NCBI GenBank assembly: GCA_945877765.1
Contig: CAMDWQ010000010.1
Span: 5,679-69,678 of the forward strand
Origin: Candidatus Omnitrophota bacterium
GTDB lineage: Bacteria; Omnitrophota; Gorgyraeia; 2-02-FULL-51-18
Reading direction: 5' to 3'
DNA length: 64,000 bases
Shown: piece after piece, positions 56,420 through 64,000 of the stretch
How the letters are laid out: every line of letters starts with the position of its first letter
Numbering within the stretch: the first letter of the stretch is position 1
The notes under the pieces: generated by a model
Database searches by the model: none
What the model was told of the DNA's origin: nothing
Seen by the model: only the letters and a program-made list of their open reading frames with translations
Position numbers and translations under genes: made by a program

Positions 56420-57916
56420 ACCCCTCTTATCAGTCAACTGGATCGTTGTTTTAACTGCGGGGCTCGTCCGCGCAACATTTGCCCGGCAATGGACAAGGGG
56501 ATTTGCCCGTCTTGCTGCGGGTCTATGCGGGGATCTTCGATTGCCTGTGCCTCCGGCTGCGCTTATTTTCCATTTGCAGTGCCCGGATATGATCTGTGGC
56601 TTAAGACAGACAGCGCGCTTGCTCGAAAGATGCTTTCACGCATTAAAGAATGTTTTGGACAAAATCATTTTGAGAATTGGATGCATCGTATGTCTTTTGA
56701 AGACGATTCACTAGAGCATATGATGCAGACCGCGGCTGCCTCCGCGGCCTATAACATTCTTTTTATTGAACGATCTGCCAAAGGACTTAGCCCTGCCCGC
56801 GAATGGAAGGAAGAAGGCTGGCCTGGGCTGTCCAATGACGAGCGCCAGATGATGGAGTTCCGTCTGAGCTCCCGCGCCACAGTCATCGAGGTCCAAAGAG
56901 TCCTCGATCACCAGGCGATGGAATGCGTGGACGTACTCGATCCCGAAAGAGGAAGCTTTATTGTGCTGGATCGTAGCACGGCCTCTCAAGTAGTCAGATA
57001 CACCCGACTTTTGGCGTGGCTGACCCACTATCGCTATTTTAGCCGTATTGAAAACAACGGCGTTGAGATCATGGACAATATTTTTGACGATTTTTTAATG
57101 GAAACAAAAAAGCGATTGATGAAAGAAACGGTAAAAAGTCCCACCATAACCCAAAAGGAATGTCTCTCCCAAAACTTTGGTTTTTTCTGCGGCCTAGCCC
57201 AAAAGATGGCCAAAAAACGCAGTCTTATGATGTTAAGAAAAATGGATCTCTATGATTGCAAGGCCGTCTACCGGCTTTTAGTTCCCACGGAGGAGATCCT
57301 ACGGGTTTTGGAAAAAGAACCTGACTTTAAGAAAGAAAACGGACCGTCTTTTGACCAAAAACCAATTCCGGGGGCGCAATATTATTCCTGGCTACGTCGA
57401 GGCCGGTCCAAGGCTATTGAAAAAAAGATGAACAGCGCTTTTCATTCTGATGACGAACCATTTGGGGTGGGCATCCTGGGGTTCGTTGTCCTTTGTCCCG
57501 ACCGCATGATTATTGGGTCGTTTTCGAAGCTGAAATATAGATTCGCTAAAAAGATAGCCAAACAATATTTCAAAGGCATGATTTTATTGCAAGGAGAAAA
57601 AATCGTGGATTTGGCCAAGCAGATGGCTGAAAAAAAAGAGCCATTGGAGGCTGAGCACCAGGACAGGAAGCAATTGGAGAGTATGCTTGCCAGCCAATCT
57701 TATGAGCGAACCTATAAAAAATTTCCTGATGAGCCGATCCCCATGCTTGGCGGAAAAACGCCACGTGAGGCATCCCGTGATCCCCTCATGCATGCCAGTC
57801 TCGTCGAGCTTATGAAAATCCACATCAAAGGCATCGACAAGCAAAAAAAGGAAAAAGGGGTTGAGTTTAGTCTCAATGCGCTACTGGATGAATTAAATCT
57901 TCCCGAGCTTAAGTGA
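56417..57916 (+). CDS. Cys-rich (zinc-ribbon) protein with a C-terminal DUF2384-like (Xre/MbcA/ParS antitoxin-type) domain
   Basis: N-terminus CFNCG...CPSCCG...CASGC; C-terminus PIPMLGGKTPREASRDPLMHASLVELMKIHIKG. Confidence 0.45.
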   Translation: MTPLISQLDRCFNCGARPRNICPAMDKGICPSCCGSMRGSSIACASGCAYFPFAVPGYDLWLKTDSALARKMLSRIKECFGQNHFENWMHRMSFEDDSLEHMMQTAAASAAYNILFIERSAKGLSPAREWKEEGWPGLSNDERQMMEFRLSSRATVIEVQRVLDHQAMECVDVLDPERGSFIVLDRSTASQVVRYTRLLAWLTHYRYFSRIENNGVEIMDNIFDDFLMETKKRLMKETVKSPTITQKECLSQNFGFFCGLAQKMAKKRSLMMLRKMDLYDCKAVYRLLVPTEEILRVLEKEPDFKKENGPSFDQKPIPGAQYYSWLRRGRSKAIEKKMNSAFHSDDEPFGVGILGFVVLCPDRMIIGSFSKLKYRFAKKIAKQYFKGMILLQGEKIVDLAKQMAEKKEPLEAEHQDRKQLESMLASQSYERTYKKFPDEPIPMLGGKTPREASRDPLMHASLVELMKIHIKGIDKQKKEKGVEFSLNALLDELNLPELK

Positions 57917-58008
57917 TGGACAGAATTCAGAAGAATCCAGTAATGAGAGAAAACCTTGAATTCTGGCTCCCGACATGGTATTCTTACCAGTAAGAACTGG
58001 AGGATTCC

Positions 58009-58275
58009 ATGGAACATCTTGAAATTACAATGCTCTCATCCAAAGGTCAGATAGTGTTGCCCCAGACGATTCGGCTCAAGCTTCATCTGACCCAAGGTGA
58101 GAAGTTTATCGTTCTGGGTGAGAAAGACACCGTTATCCTAAAAAAGATCGAGCGCCCCGCTCTTGAAAGAGCCAAGAAATTGGTTAAAGAATCAAGGGCC
58201 TGGGCCAAGAAGGCGGGACTCACCCTGTCTGATGTCAGCGATGCTATCCGTAAGGTAAGAGCTGAATCAAAGTGA
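58009..58275 (+). CDS. AbrB/MazE/SpoVT-type antitoxin
   Basis: 88 aa; SSKGQIVLPQTIR swapped-hairpin motif; overlaps the PIN gene. Confidence 0.7.
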   Translation: MEHLEITMLSSKGQIVLPQTIRLKLHLTQGEKFIVLGEKDTVILKKIERPALERAKKLVKESRAWAKKAGLTLSDVSDAIRKVRAESK

Positions 58276-58676
58276 GGGTCGTTTTAGACACCAACGTCCT
58301 TATCTCGGGAATCTATTTTGGTGGAATTCCAGGCCGCATTGTTGATGCCTGGCTTGACGCCAAATTTACCGCGTGCATAACGCCGGACATCTATGACGAG
58401 TATCTTAAAGTCATTGATAGATTCAACAAAAAAGGCGCGAGTCCGATCATTGAACGTGATTGGCCAACCCTTCTTCCGGAGATATGTTATATGATCTCCG
58501 ACCAAAAATTAGCCCATCCTATCTCACGGGATACCAGTGATGATAAATTCATCGCCTGCGCCATGGGCGCAAAAGCTGGCCACCTTGTCACCGGCGACTT
58601 GGATTTAAAAACAATCCCCCCGCAGCCAGGCTTTAAGATCGTCTCCGTGGAAGAGTTTTGGAATATTTTAAAGTAG
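58272..58676 (+). CDS. PIN-domain toxin (VapC-like)
   Basis: 134 aa; MRVVLDTNVLIS...; acidic residues at the conserved positions. Confidence 0.75.
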   Translation: MRVVLDTNVLISGIYFGGIPGRIVDAWLDAKFTACITPDIYDEYLKVIDRFNKKGASPIIERDWPTLLPEICYMISDQKLAHPISRDTSDDKFIACAMGAKAGHLVTGDLDLKTIPPQPGFKIVSVEEFWNILK

Positions 58677-58702
58677 CCGACCACAAATTATTATTCTCGG
58701 TC

Positions 58703-58768
58703 TTAACGGCGTCAAAAAATCCTCGTAGACAGAAATCTGATTATTTTTAGCCCAATTTAGCGATACCC
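58703..58768 (+). repeat. 65-bp direct repeat, copy 2
   Basis: Matches 55686-55750; followed directly by the transposase remnant. Confidence 0.75.
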
Positions 58769-58774
58769 GCTTAG

Positions 58775-58900
58775 GAGTCTGGAGTCTGGGGACACGTACC
58801 TAATTCACCCTAACTTACTTTGGTTTTGGCCCAGGTTTGATTTTCCTCAATAAACTCGTCAGAGTCCAGAGGTCCGACTGACCAGGTATTGTTGTAGTGC
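58775..58900 (-). mobile_element. Decayed remnant of a second REP-associated tyrosine transposase (RAYT) element (left inverted repeat plus the 3' end of the transposase gene, with an internal deletion)
   Basis: GAGTCTGGGGACACGTACCTAATTCACCCTAACTTACTTTGGTTTTGGCCCAGGTTT...CTCAATAAACTCGTCAGAG matches 60140-60260. Confidence 0.7.
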
Positions 58901-58955
58901 TTGACATAGTATCTGCTGTAATGTATGCATAAAGAAGCCACTTATAGGAGACGCC

Positions 58956-59183
58956 ATGCTACATCTAAATATCACATTCCCTGAGGATTTGAAAGAGGCT
59001 TTGGATCAAGAGGTTAAGCGGGAGCATACTCAGCGTAGTACGCTAATCCAAAAAGCGGTCTGGGTCTACCTGGAAACAAAAAAGCAAAAAGACCTCAGAT
59101 CTAATCAAGTCCTCAAAAGTAAAATGCCATCAAGTCCGCTCTGTAGACAAGCAGAGGCTTTGAAGTTGCATTTGGGGTTTTAG
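58956..59183 (+). CDS. Putative RHH/CopG-family DNA-binding protein (orphan antitoxin-like)
   Basis: 75 aa; LKEALDQEVKREHTQRSTLIQKAVWVYLE. Confidence 0.45.
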   Translation: MLHLNITFPEDLKEALDQEVKREHTQRSTLIQKAVWVYLETKKQKDLRSNQVLKSKMPSSPLCRQAEALKLHLGF

Positions 59184-59244
59184 AAAATTTGAAAGCTTGG
59201 TGTGTCGCCTCGTCGCTGTGTGGTGATCGAGGATTCGATAGGAG

Positions 59245-60108
59245 GTGCTGATGGATATACTAAAAGGGATGATTATGGATATGCAGAAGTTTTACGATAT
59301 GGCAATTCTTTATTCTGTGAAGTACGGTTTGCAGGCGATCGTTGCGCTGATCATCCTTTTTATTGGATGGAAGTTGGCGGCCTGGGTTTCACGGCTCAGC
59401 TACGAAGCGCTTCAAAAAAAGCATCTGGACATCACGCTTAGTCATTTCATTGCGGGTATCGTGAAAATGGTCGTCATGGCCTTCGCGGTGCTCATGGCGC
59501 TGGATAAACTGGGCATCACGATCAATCCGCTTATCGCGACGATCAGTGCCGCGGTATTTGGCGCGAGCTTTGCCATTCAAGCCCCGCTATCGAATTATGC
59601 AGCCGGGTTATCGATCATCCTCACGAGGCCCTTCGTCGTCGGCAATACGATCACCGTCAAGAGCTACAGCGGTGTCGTGGAAGAAGTAAAACTCCCGTGC
59701 ACGGTTCTTCTTAACGGCGACGGCGAGCGCATCACGATCCCCAATAAGGATATTGTTGGCGAGGTCATCACTAATTCGTTCCTCAATCACGCGGCGGATA
59801 CGGTGATCGGGATCAGCTATTCGGACGACCCGGAAAAGGCGATCGCTGTGATTTTGGAGGCACTCAAAAAAATCCCCGCCGTATCGCAAGAGCTGGGACC
59901 GTTTGTGGGTGTTCAGTCGTTTGGCGAGTCTTCCATCAACATCAGTGCTCGTTATTGGGTGCCGACCACACAAGCGCGTTTGGCACAGCATGATGTTAAT
60001 CTTGCCATCTATAAGGCAATTCAAGCGGCGCGTATCACCATTCCGTTTCCGCGCAGGGATTTGCATGTGTTTCCCGCAGATAAGGCCTCGCTCTTGACCG
60101 GAAAATAA
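59245..60108 (+). CDS. Small-conductance mechanosensitive channel (MscS family)
   Basis: 287 aa; 3 transmembrane segments, then a conserved beta domain. Confidence 0.75.
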   Translation: MLMDILKGMIMDMQKFYDMAILYSVKYGLQAIVALIILFIGWKLAAWVSRLSYEALQKKHLDITLSHFIAGIVKMVVMAFAVLMALDKLGITINPLIATISAAVFGASFAIQAPLSNYAAGLSIILTRPFVVGNTITVKSYSGVVEEVKLPCTVLLNGDGERITIPNKDIVGEVITNSFLNHAADTVIGISYSDDPEKAIAVILEALKKIPAVSQELGPFVGVQSFGESSINISARYWVPTTQARLAQHDVNLAIYKAIQAARITIPFPRRDLHVFPADKASLLTGK

Positions 60109-60142
60109 GGAAGAATTGTCACACTCCGATAGTGCCCGAGTC

Positions 60143-60938
60143 TGGGGACACGTACCTAATTCACCCTAACTTACTTTGGTTTTGGCCCAGGTTTAATTTT
60201 TCTAAGCATTCTTCCAGTTTTATCTTCCAGCATCTCAATAAACTCGTCAGAGCCCAGAGGTTTGCCGCTGGAGAGATGCCCCTGGATTAGGTTTATTTCT
60301 TTGTTGCTTGCCGAGGCTAGGTAATCTGACCAATCTTGGATTTCTTCGGTAAGAAAAAAGTCACTAAGCAGTTCATCTTTAAGCTTTAGGACTCTTGTTC
60401 TGGCGCTAGACCAGGGGTAATCTTGAGCCTTGATTACGATAGCTGCTTTGACAGGGTTTGTCTCAACATAGCGAACCGCAGCATAAAGATGCTGTTGATC
60501 TAGAACATAGCTTAAGAATCGTCCCTGCCACAAATACCCACGCCATCTCTCCCGAAAATTAATCATTCGTGTATATCGTCTATGGGTTTGACCGAAAGCT
60601 GATCGGAGCGACTCTTCTTTCTTGGGAACGGCTACAAAATGGACGTGATTATCCATAAGGCAGTAGGACCAGATAACAACTCCAAAGCGTTCACATTGGG
60701 CTTTTAAGATCTCCAGGTAAGCTTTTTTATCGCTGTCAGCAAAGAAGACCCGTTGTCTTCGATTCCCGCGCTGGATGATGTGATGCGGTAGTCCCGGAAC
60801 TATGAGTCGTGCGATTCTAGGCATGTAAGTGTCCCTCCACCATACAGGACGACACAGAACCTCACTTTCGTCATAAATAAATCGGAAATTTTAGAACTAC
60901 TTACAACAAGTAACGTGGCGGTGTGGGAATTAGGTACG
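60143..60938 (-). mobile_element. RAYT / IS200-like HUH element, bounded by 22-bp inverted repeats TCTGGGGACACGTACCTAATTC
   Basis: Left inverted repeat at 60143-60164, right inverted repeat (reverse complement) at 60917-60938; CAGATGC repeats follow at 60939-60960. Confidence 0.75.
60171..60824 (-). CDS. REP-associated tyrosine transposase (Y1 HUH, COG1943/IS200-like)
   Basis: 217 aa; HUH motif LMDNHVHFV; catalytic Tyr region RYVETNPVKA; C-terminal WQGRF...DYPWSS. Confidence 0.8.
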   Translation of the reverse strand: MPRIARLIVPGLPHHIIQRGNRRQRVFFADSDKKAYLEILKAQCERFGVVIWSYCLMDNHVHFVAVPKKEESLRSAFGQTHRRYTRMINFRERWRGYLWQGRFLSYVLDQQHLYAAVRYVETNPVKAAIVIKAQDYPWSSARTRVLKLKDELLSDFFLTEEIQDWSDYLASASNKEINLIQGHLSSGKPLGSDEFIEMLEDKTGRMLRKIKPGPKPK

Positions 60939-61150
60939 TGTCCCCAGATGCGTGCAGATGCCCAGATGCGAAAAAGAAAAGGGCTCAAGCGACCCCTTTG
61001 TTGTTTGTTGGATTATAGGTATATACCCATAGAGCATTGAATTTTTTAGCGCTTAAAAAGTTCAACTCGCCCGTTAATCGAAAAAAAATCTAAATAAAGT
61101 TTTGACGAAAAGCAGGCCCTCTGTCGTCAAGTAAGTAAGGGGAGGGTATC

Positions 61151-61354
61151 ATGCAAATAAAAATAATCTTACGAGGTTTGAAATTTGTGGAGGCTTGCCA
61201 CGCGGCGCAGGCTTCGTATGAGGAATGGATCCAATGTTTCAGCGAGCCCGAGCTGAATCAATATTTTAGCCAGTTAGCCGCTATCCGGCAGGGCTTGGTC
61301 GAATTAGCCTCCAATGCCGCAGAAATTGTTGATCGATCTGAAATAGATGACTAG
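61151..61354 (+). CDS. Hypothetical small protein
   Basis: 67 aa ORF with ribosome-binding site GGGGAGGG; no family recognised. Confidence 0.3.
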   Translation: MQIKIILRGLKFVEACHAAQASYEEWIQCFSEPELNQYFSQLAAIRQGLVELASNAAEIVDRSEIDD

Positions 61355-61404
61355 GAGGCTAATAAAATATAAATTGTATATACAAATATATTGACATATA
61401 ATAC

Positions 61405-61662
61405 ATGAAAACCGTGCGTTGGCATTTTCTTAAGAATGAAAGGCTTAAAAAACTTAGGGGCGTGGGCTTCGAAGATATTCTTGGCTGGAATCATATTCAG
61501 ACGCTTCAACACCCCCTTAAATCCTATGAACAAATAATGTTGTATGAGCGGAATGGGCGCATTTGGGCAGTGCCCATCGTAGAAACGGAACGGGAGATTG
61601 TCCTAAAAACATTATATCCGAGTCGAAAGTTTACTAAAATGTACAAACAGGGGCGGTTGTGA
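61405..61662 (+). CDS. BrnT-like (DUF497) toxin
   Basis: 85 aa; VRWHFLKNERLKKLRGVGFEDI ... YPSRKFTKMY. Confidence 0.55.
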   Translation: MKTVRWHFLKNERLKKLRGVGFEDILGWNHIQTLQHPLKSYEQIMLYERNGRIWAVPIVETEREIVLKTLYPSRKFTKMYKQGRL

Positions 61663-61904
61663 GACGAATTAAATTATCAAAATATGAAAAATGGATTGAG
61701 GGGCATGCGGATGAGTATGTGCCTGTATCCAAAGAAGATCACCAGAGTATCGCGGATATCATTAAATCTTATCGAAAGAATGCTGTTCTTAATATCCGAG
61801 TTAACAGCACGGATCTTCAATGTCTCAAAGATAAAGCTAAAAAACTGGGAGTTAAATACCAGACATTTATTTCCCAGATTCTTCACCAGGTGGCTCAGAG
61901 CTAG
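61659..61904 (+). CDS. BrnA-like antitoxin
   Basis: 81 aa; NIRVNSTDLQCLKDKAKKLGVKYQTFISQILHQ; overlaps the toxin stop. Confidence 0.55.
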   Translation: MRRIKLSKYEKWIEGHADEYVPVSKEDHQSIADIIKSYRKNAVLNIRVNSTDLQCLKDKAKKLGVKYQTFISQILHQVAQS

Positions 61905-61956
61905 TTTGCGCAGGGTTGCCGCGCAAACTAGCCGTCAAGCGTTGCTTCGTTTCCCT

Positions 61957-62214
61957 CTATCCAGGTGAGCGTCTTGGGTCTTCCAGCAACCTCTGGACTT
62001 CCGAGGTGGTGGCTCCGAACTCCTTGGCGACGGCGATGATGTCGCTGCAGACTTCGTAACGTTCCTGACGCAGGGCGTCTTTGAGATAGAGGAGAGCGGT
62101 CAGCTTCACCGGGTGCTTTAAGCCCCCGACTCGCGCGCTCCCCGTATAAGGGATGGTTTTAATCATTTTATTTCTCCTTGTTGTGAATGTTCCGAAAACA
62201 AAAACCCCCGCCAC
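61957..62214 (-). CDS. Hypothetical protein
   Basis: 85 aa ORF (probably shorter, starting at MIKTIPY); no family recognised. Confidence 0.3.
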   Translation of the reverse strand: MAGVFVFGTFTTRRNKMIKTIPYTGSARVGGLKHPVKLTALLYLKDALRQERYEVCSDIIAVAKEFGATTSEVQRLLEDPRRSPG

Positions 62215-62245
62215 CTTTATCAGGTAGCGGGGGTTTTGGAACCTT
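62198..62245. terminator. Bidirectional rho-independent terminator
   Basis: CCCCCGCCACC / GGTAGCGGGGG stem flanked by poly-A on one side and poly-T on the other. Confidence 0.5.
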
Positions 62246-62487
62246 CGTTGTTTAGTGCTTGTTAGCTAGCTAAACCTTCCTTCACCCCGCCACCCGAGAC
62301 TTGCTTCGCCATAAGACGATAGCAATGGCAAAAAGACGCTGCCATAACCGGCCATACGGCGGTCGTAGCACGCTTCGCGGATAGAACGTTGTGAATTCGG
62401 TTTGAGACTAACATAGTATTGAGTATAATCATTTTTTGGCTGTTTTCAATGGTTTTTTTGAAATATTTTAGGAGGGTTGCTAACTCT

Positions 62488-62925
62488 TTGAAACGTATTA
62501 CGTTAGCTCTGTTAACTGGATTGCTTGTGGTCTCTATTTCCTTTGGGCTTTTAAAGCAAGTCAAAAAAAACTTTGATTGGTACCACCCATCCGCTCATCA
62601 AGAGCCAGGATCGGATCTAGTTTTGTGGCGAGATCGGATTCTGGGATTAATGAGTCCGGCGTATCGAACAAAGCCCATGCTGTATGTCCGAGAGCCTCGC
62701 TTGCCAGAATCCGACATTATTGCCGGGGAAGCTGGCTATATCGCCCAATATGCGCTGGCACCAATTTTAATCTTCAGGGGAAATGGTCAGCCCGGCCCCT
62801 ACGTATTTTTAGATTTTTTATCCAATGAAGAAGCCCAGGTATACGCTAAGGGTCAGAATTTGAGAATATTAGAAAAGGAAGCGGGTAGGGCCTTGGCGGT
62901 TCGGGAAGGGGAGTTTAGAGCATGA
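62488..62925 (+). CDS. Hypothetical membrane-anchored protein (TTG start after AGGAGG)
   Basis: N-terminal transmembrane segment LALLTGLLVVSISFGLL; stop overlaps the next start (ATGA). Confidence 0.4.
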   Translation: MKRITLALLTGLLVVSISFGLLKQVKKNFDWYHPSAHQEPGSDLVLWRDRILGLMSPAYRTKPMLYVREPRLPESDIIAGEAGYIAQYALAPILIFRGNGQPGPYVFLDFLSNEEAQVYAKGQNLRILEKEAGRALAVREGEFRA

Positions 62926-64000
62926 TGATTGAGATTTTTTTAATCTACGGACTTCTCCTATTGTGCGGATGGTTGGTTTGGCCGGGCAGCCAGTCAGAAG
63001 ATTGGAAGCTTTTACGCGTTTGCGCGGCGCCGCTTTTTGGATTTGGGCTCGCGGCGGCTATTTTATTTTTTAATCTCCTTATTTCGGGGTCTATTTTTTT
63101 GATGGCAGATCTATTGGTACTGATCTTTTTTTCAGTTGGTATATTTTTTAAAAATAAAAAAGCGCCAGTCTTTCCAATTTTTACTAAGAATGGATTTGGT
63201 TTTATGGACTGGTTTGTTTTGATGCTCTCAATTGTTTTATTTACTACCTGCTTTTTGAAATCTCCTTATGGAAATGGACTTGATGTCTGGGCGATATGGA
63301 AGCTTAAAGCCCGCTTTATTTATAGTGGATCCTGGCAGAGCCTATTCGACCCCAATGTGGATTTTTCGCACAACGCTTATCCTGTTTTGTATCCGCTTCT
63401 GCTTTGTTGGGGATGGATAGCCTCTGGCGGGGAGAGTATCGCCGCATCATTTTTAATCCTAGCGATCATCAATGTTGTTACGGCGGTTCTTTTGATCGCC
63501 GCTTCCAAAAAAATGGGTATCAAGCACTCATGGATCCCGGCTCTTTTTCTAGTTTCAGCGCCCGCGTGGACAGGTATCTCTTCGTCGCAGTATGCGGATG
63601 CGATTGTTGCCTGTTACACGCTTGGCGGAGTGGTTTATATGTATTTTGCTGTCAAAGAAGGGGAGGGTAGGGCTGCGTTTGTTTCCGGGCTGATGTTTGG
63701 TATAGGCACATTGGTAAAGAGTGAGGGGCAGATGATCATTTTCGCTGCGGCGATGGCTCTTTTGGCCGTCTTGTGCGTTGAACGTGACAAGCGGAGCGCC
63801 ATGAGGCTTTTTATTTCATTTCTTGCAGGAGCTTCTATTTTTTTGGTGGTGACACTGATCTTTAGGTTGAGATCGGGGGCAGCGGATGAGATGGTTTCCT
63901 GGGGTCATTTTACCGACCTTTGGATTCGGCCAGACAAATGGGAGAGATTGGGCGTAGTCGCGCACGCCTATTGGAGGGAAATTTTTGAGGAGAATAACTG
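62922..64000 (+). CDS. Polytopic integral membrane protein, 5' partial (continues beyond the window; absent from the ORF track)
   Basis: 359 codons with no stop; at least 8 hydrophobic helices. Confidence 0.55.
   Translation, partial: MMIEIFLIYGLLLLCGWLVWPGSQSEDWKLLRVCAAPLFGFGLAAAILFFNLLISGSIFLMADLLVLIFFSVGIFFKNKKAPVFPIFTKNGFGFMDWFVLMLSIVLFTTCFLKSPYGNGLDVWAIWKLKARFIYSGSWQSLFDPNVDFSHNAYPVLYPLLLCWGWIASGGESIAASFLILAIINVVTAVLLIAASKKMGIKHSWIPALFLVSAPAWTGISSSQYADAIVACYTLGGVVYMYFAVKEGEGRAAFVSGLMFGIGTLVKSEGQMIIFAAAMALLAVLCVERDKRSAMRLFISFLAGASIFLVVTLIFRLRSGAADEMVSWGHFTDLWIRPDKWERLGVVAHAYWREIFEENN

Noticed and set aside
59202-60066. ORF 59202..59441 (+) and the 152-aa minus-strand ORF 59608..60066.
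   Set aside because: They overlap or lie antisense to the MscS channel gene, which has clear family features.

Overview
This is a 64-kb bacterial window of mid GC content, with a TonB-dependent receptor and lipoprotein-style signal peptides pointing to a Gram-negative cell envelope. No tRNA, rRNA or CRISPR arrays were recognisable by eye.

- Positions 1-10.3 kb: a canonical ribosomal-protein / secY / adk / map / infA / rpmJ / rpsM-K-D / rpoA / rplQ cluster. No L30 gene lies between rpsE and rplO, S14 is the short zinc-ribbon type, and L17 carries a His/Asp-rich C-terminal tail.
- Positions 10.3-38.7 kb: housekeeping genes (aminotransferase, isocitrate-DH-like, lipA, a GT2, a cobalamin-riboswitch-controlled TonB-dependent receptor, tonB, a GT39-TPR membrane protein, gap-pgk-tpiA-secG, a five-gene Opp/Dpp-type ABC transporter, glgC, thiG, a second isocitrate/isopropylmalate-family dehydrogenase, asd, truA, bolA). 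Between them sit three type II toxin-antitoxin pairs and two families of intergenic repeats. Family A is a roughly 30-nt palindromic REP-like unit, GTCATCCCCGA-N9-TCGGGGATCA, found as about 19 units in 8 clusters, including one inside the ribosomal operon between infA and rpmJ. Family B is a roughly 140-bp structured element present twice.
- Positions 38.96-51.68 kb: a single 12.7-kb ORF (4239 aa). It encodes a secreted multidomain protein with YD/RHS-type repeats, a triplicated roughly 83-aa module, a FAM3/ILEI-like domain, a DUF4214-like motif, a C39-like peptidase fold lacking the catalytic Cys, a long Gly/Ala-rich hydrophobic region and a C-terminal tip with a GxSxG motif. Its stop overlaps the start of a small TPR-like membrane protein by 4 nt.
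- Positions 52.3-62.3 kb: an AT-richer accessory/defence island. It holds a 693-aa DGQHR (DndB-like) protein next to a DpnI-family methyl-directed restriction endonuclease, a cassette flanked by 65-bp direct repeats (hypotheticals, a Cys-rich protein with a DUF2384-like antitoxin tail, and an AbrB/PIN pair), an intact REP-associated HUH tyrosine transposase with 22-bp inverted repeats plus a decayed second copy, an MscS channel and a BrnT/BrnA pair.
- The window ends inside an unterminated polytopic membrane-protein ORF that is absent from the supplied ORF track.
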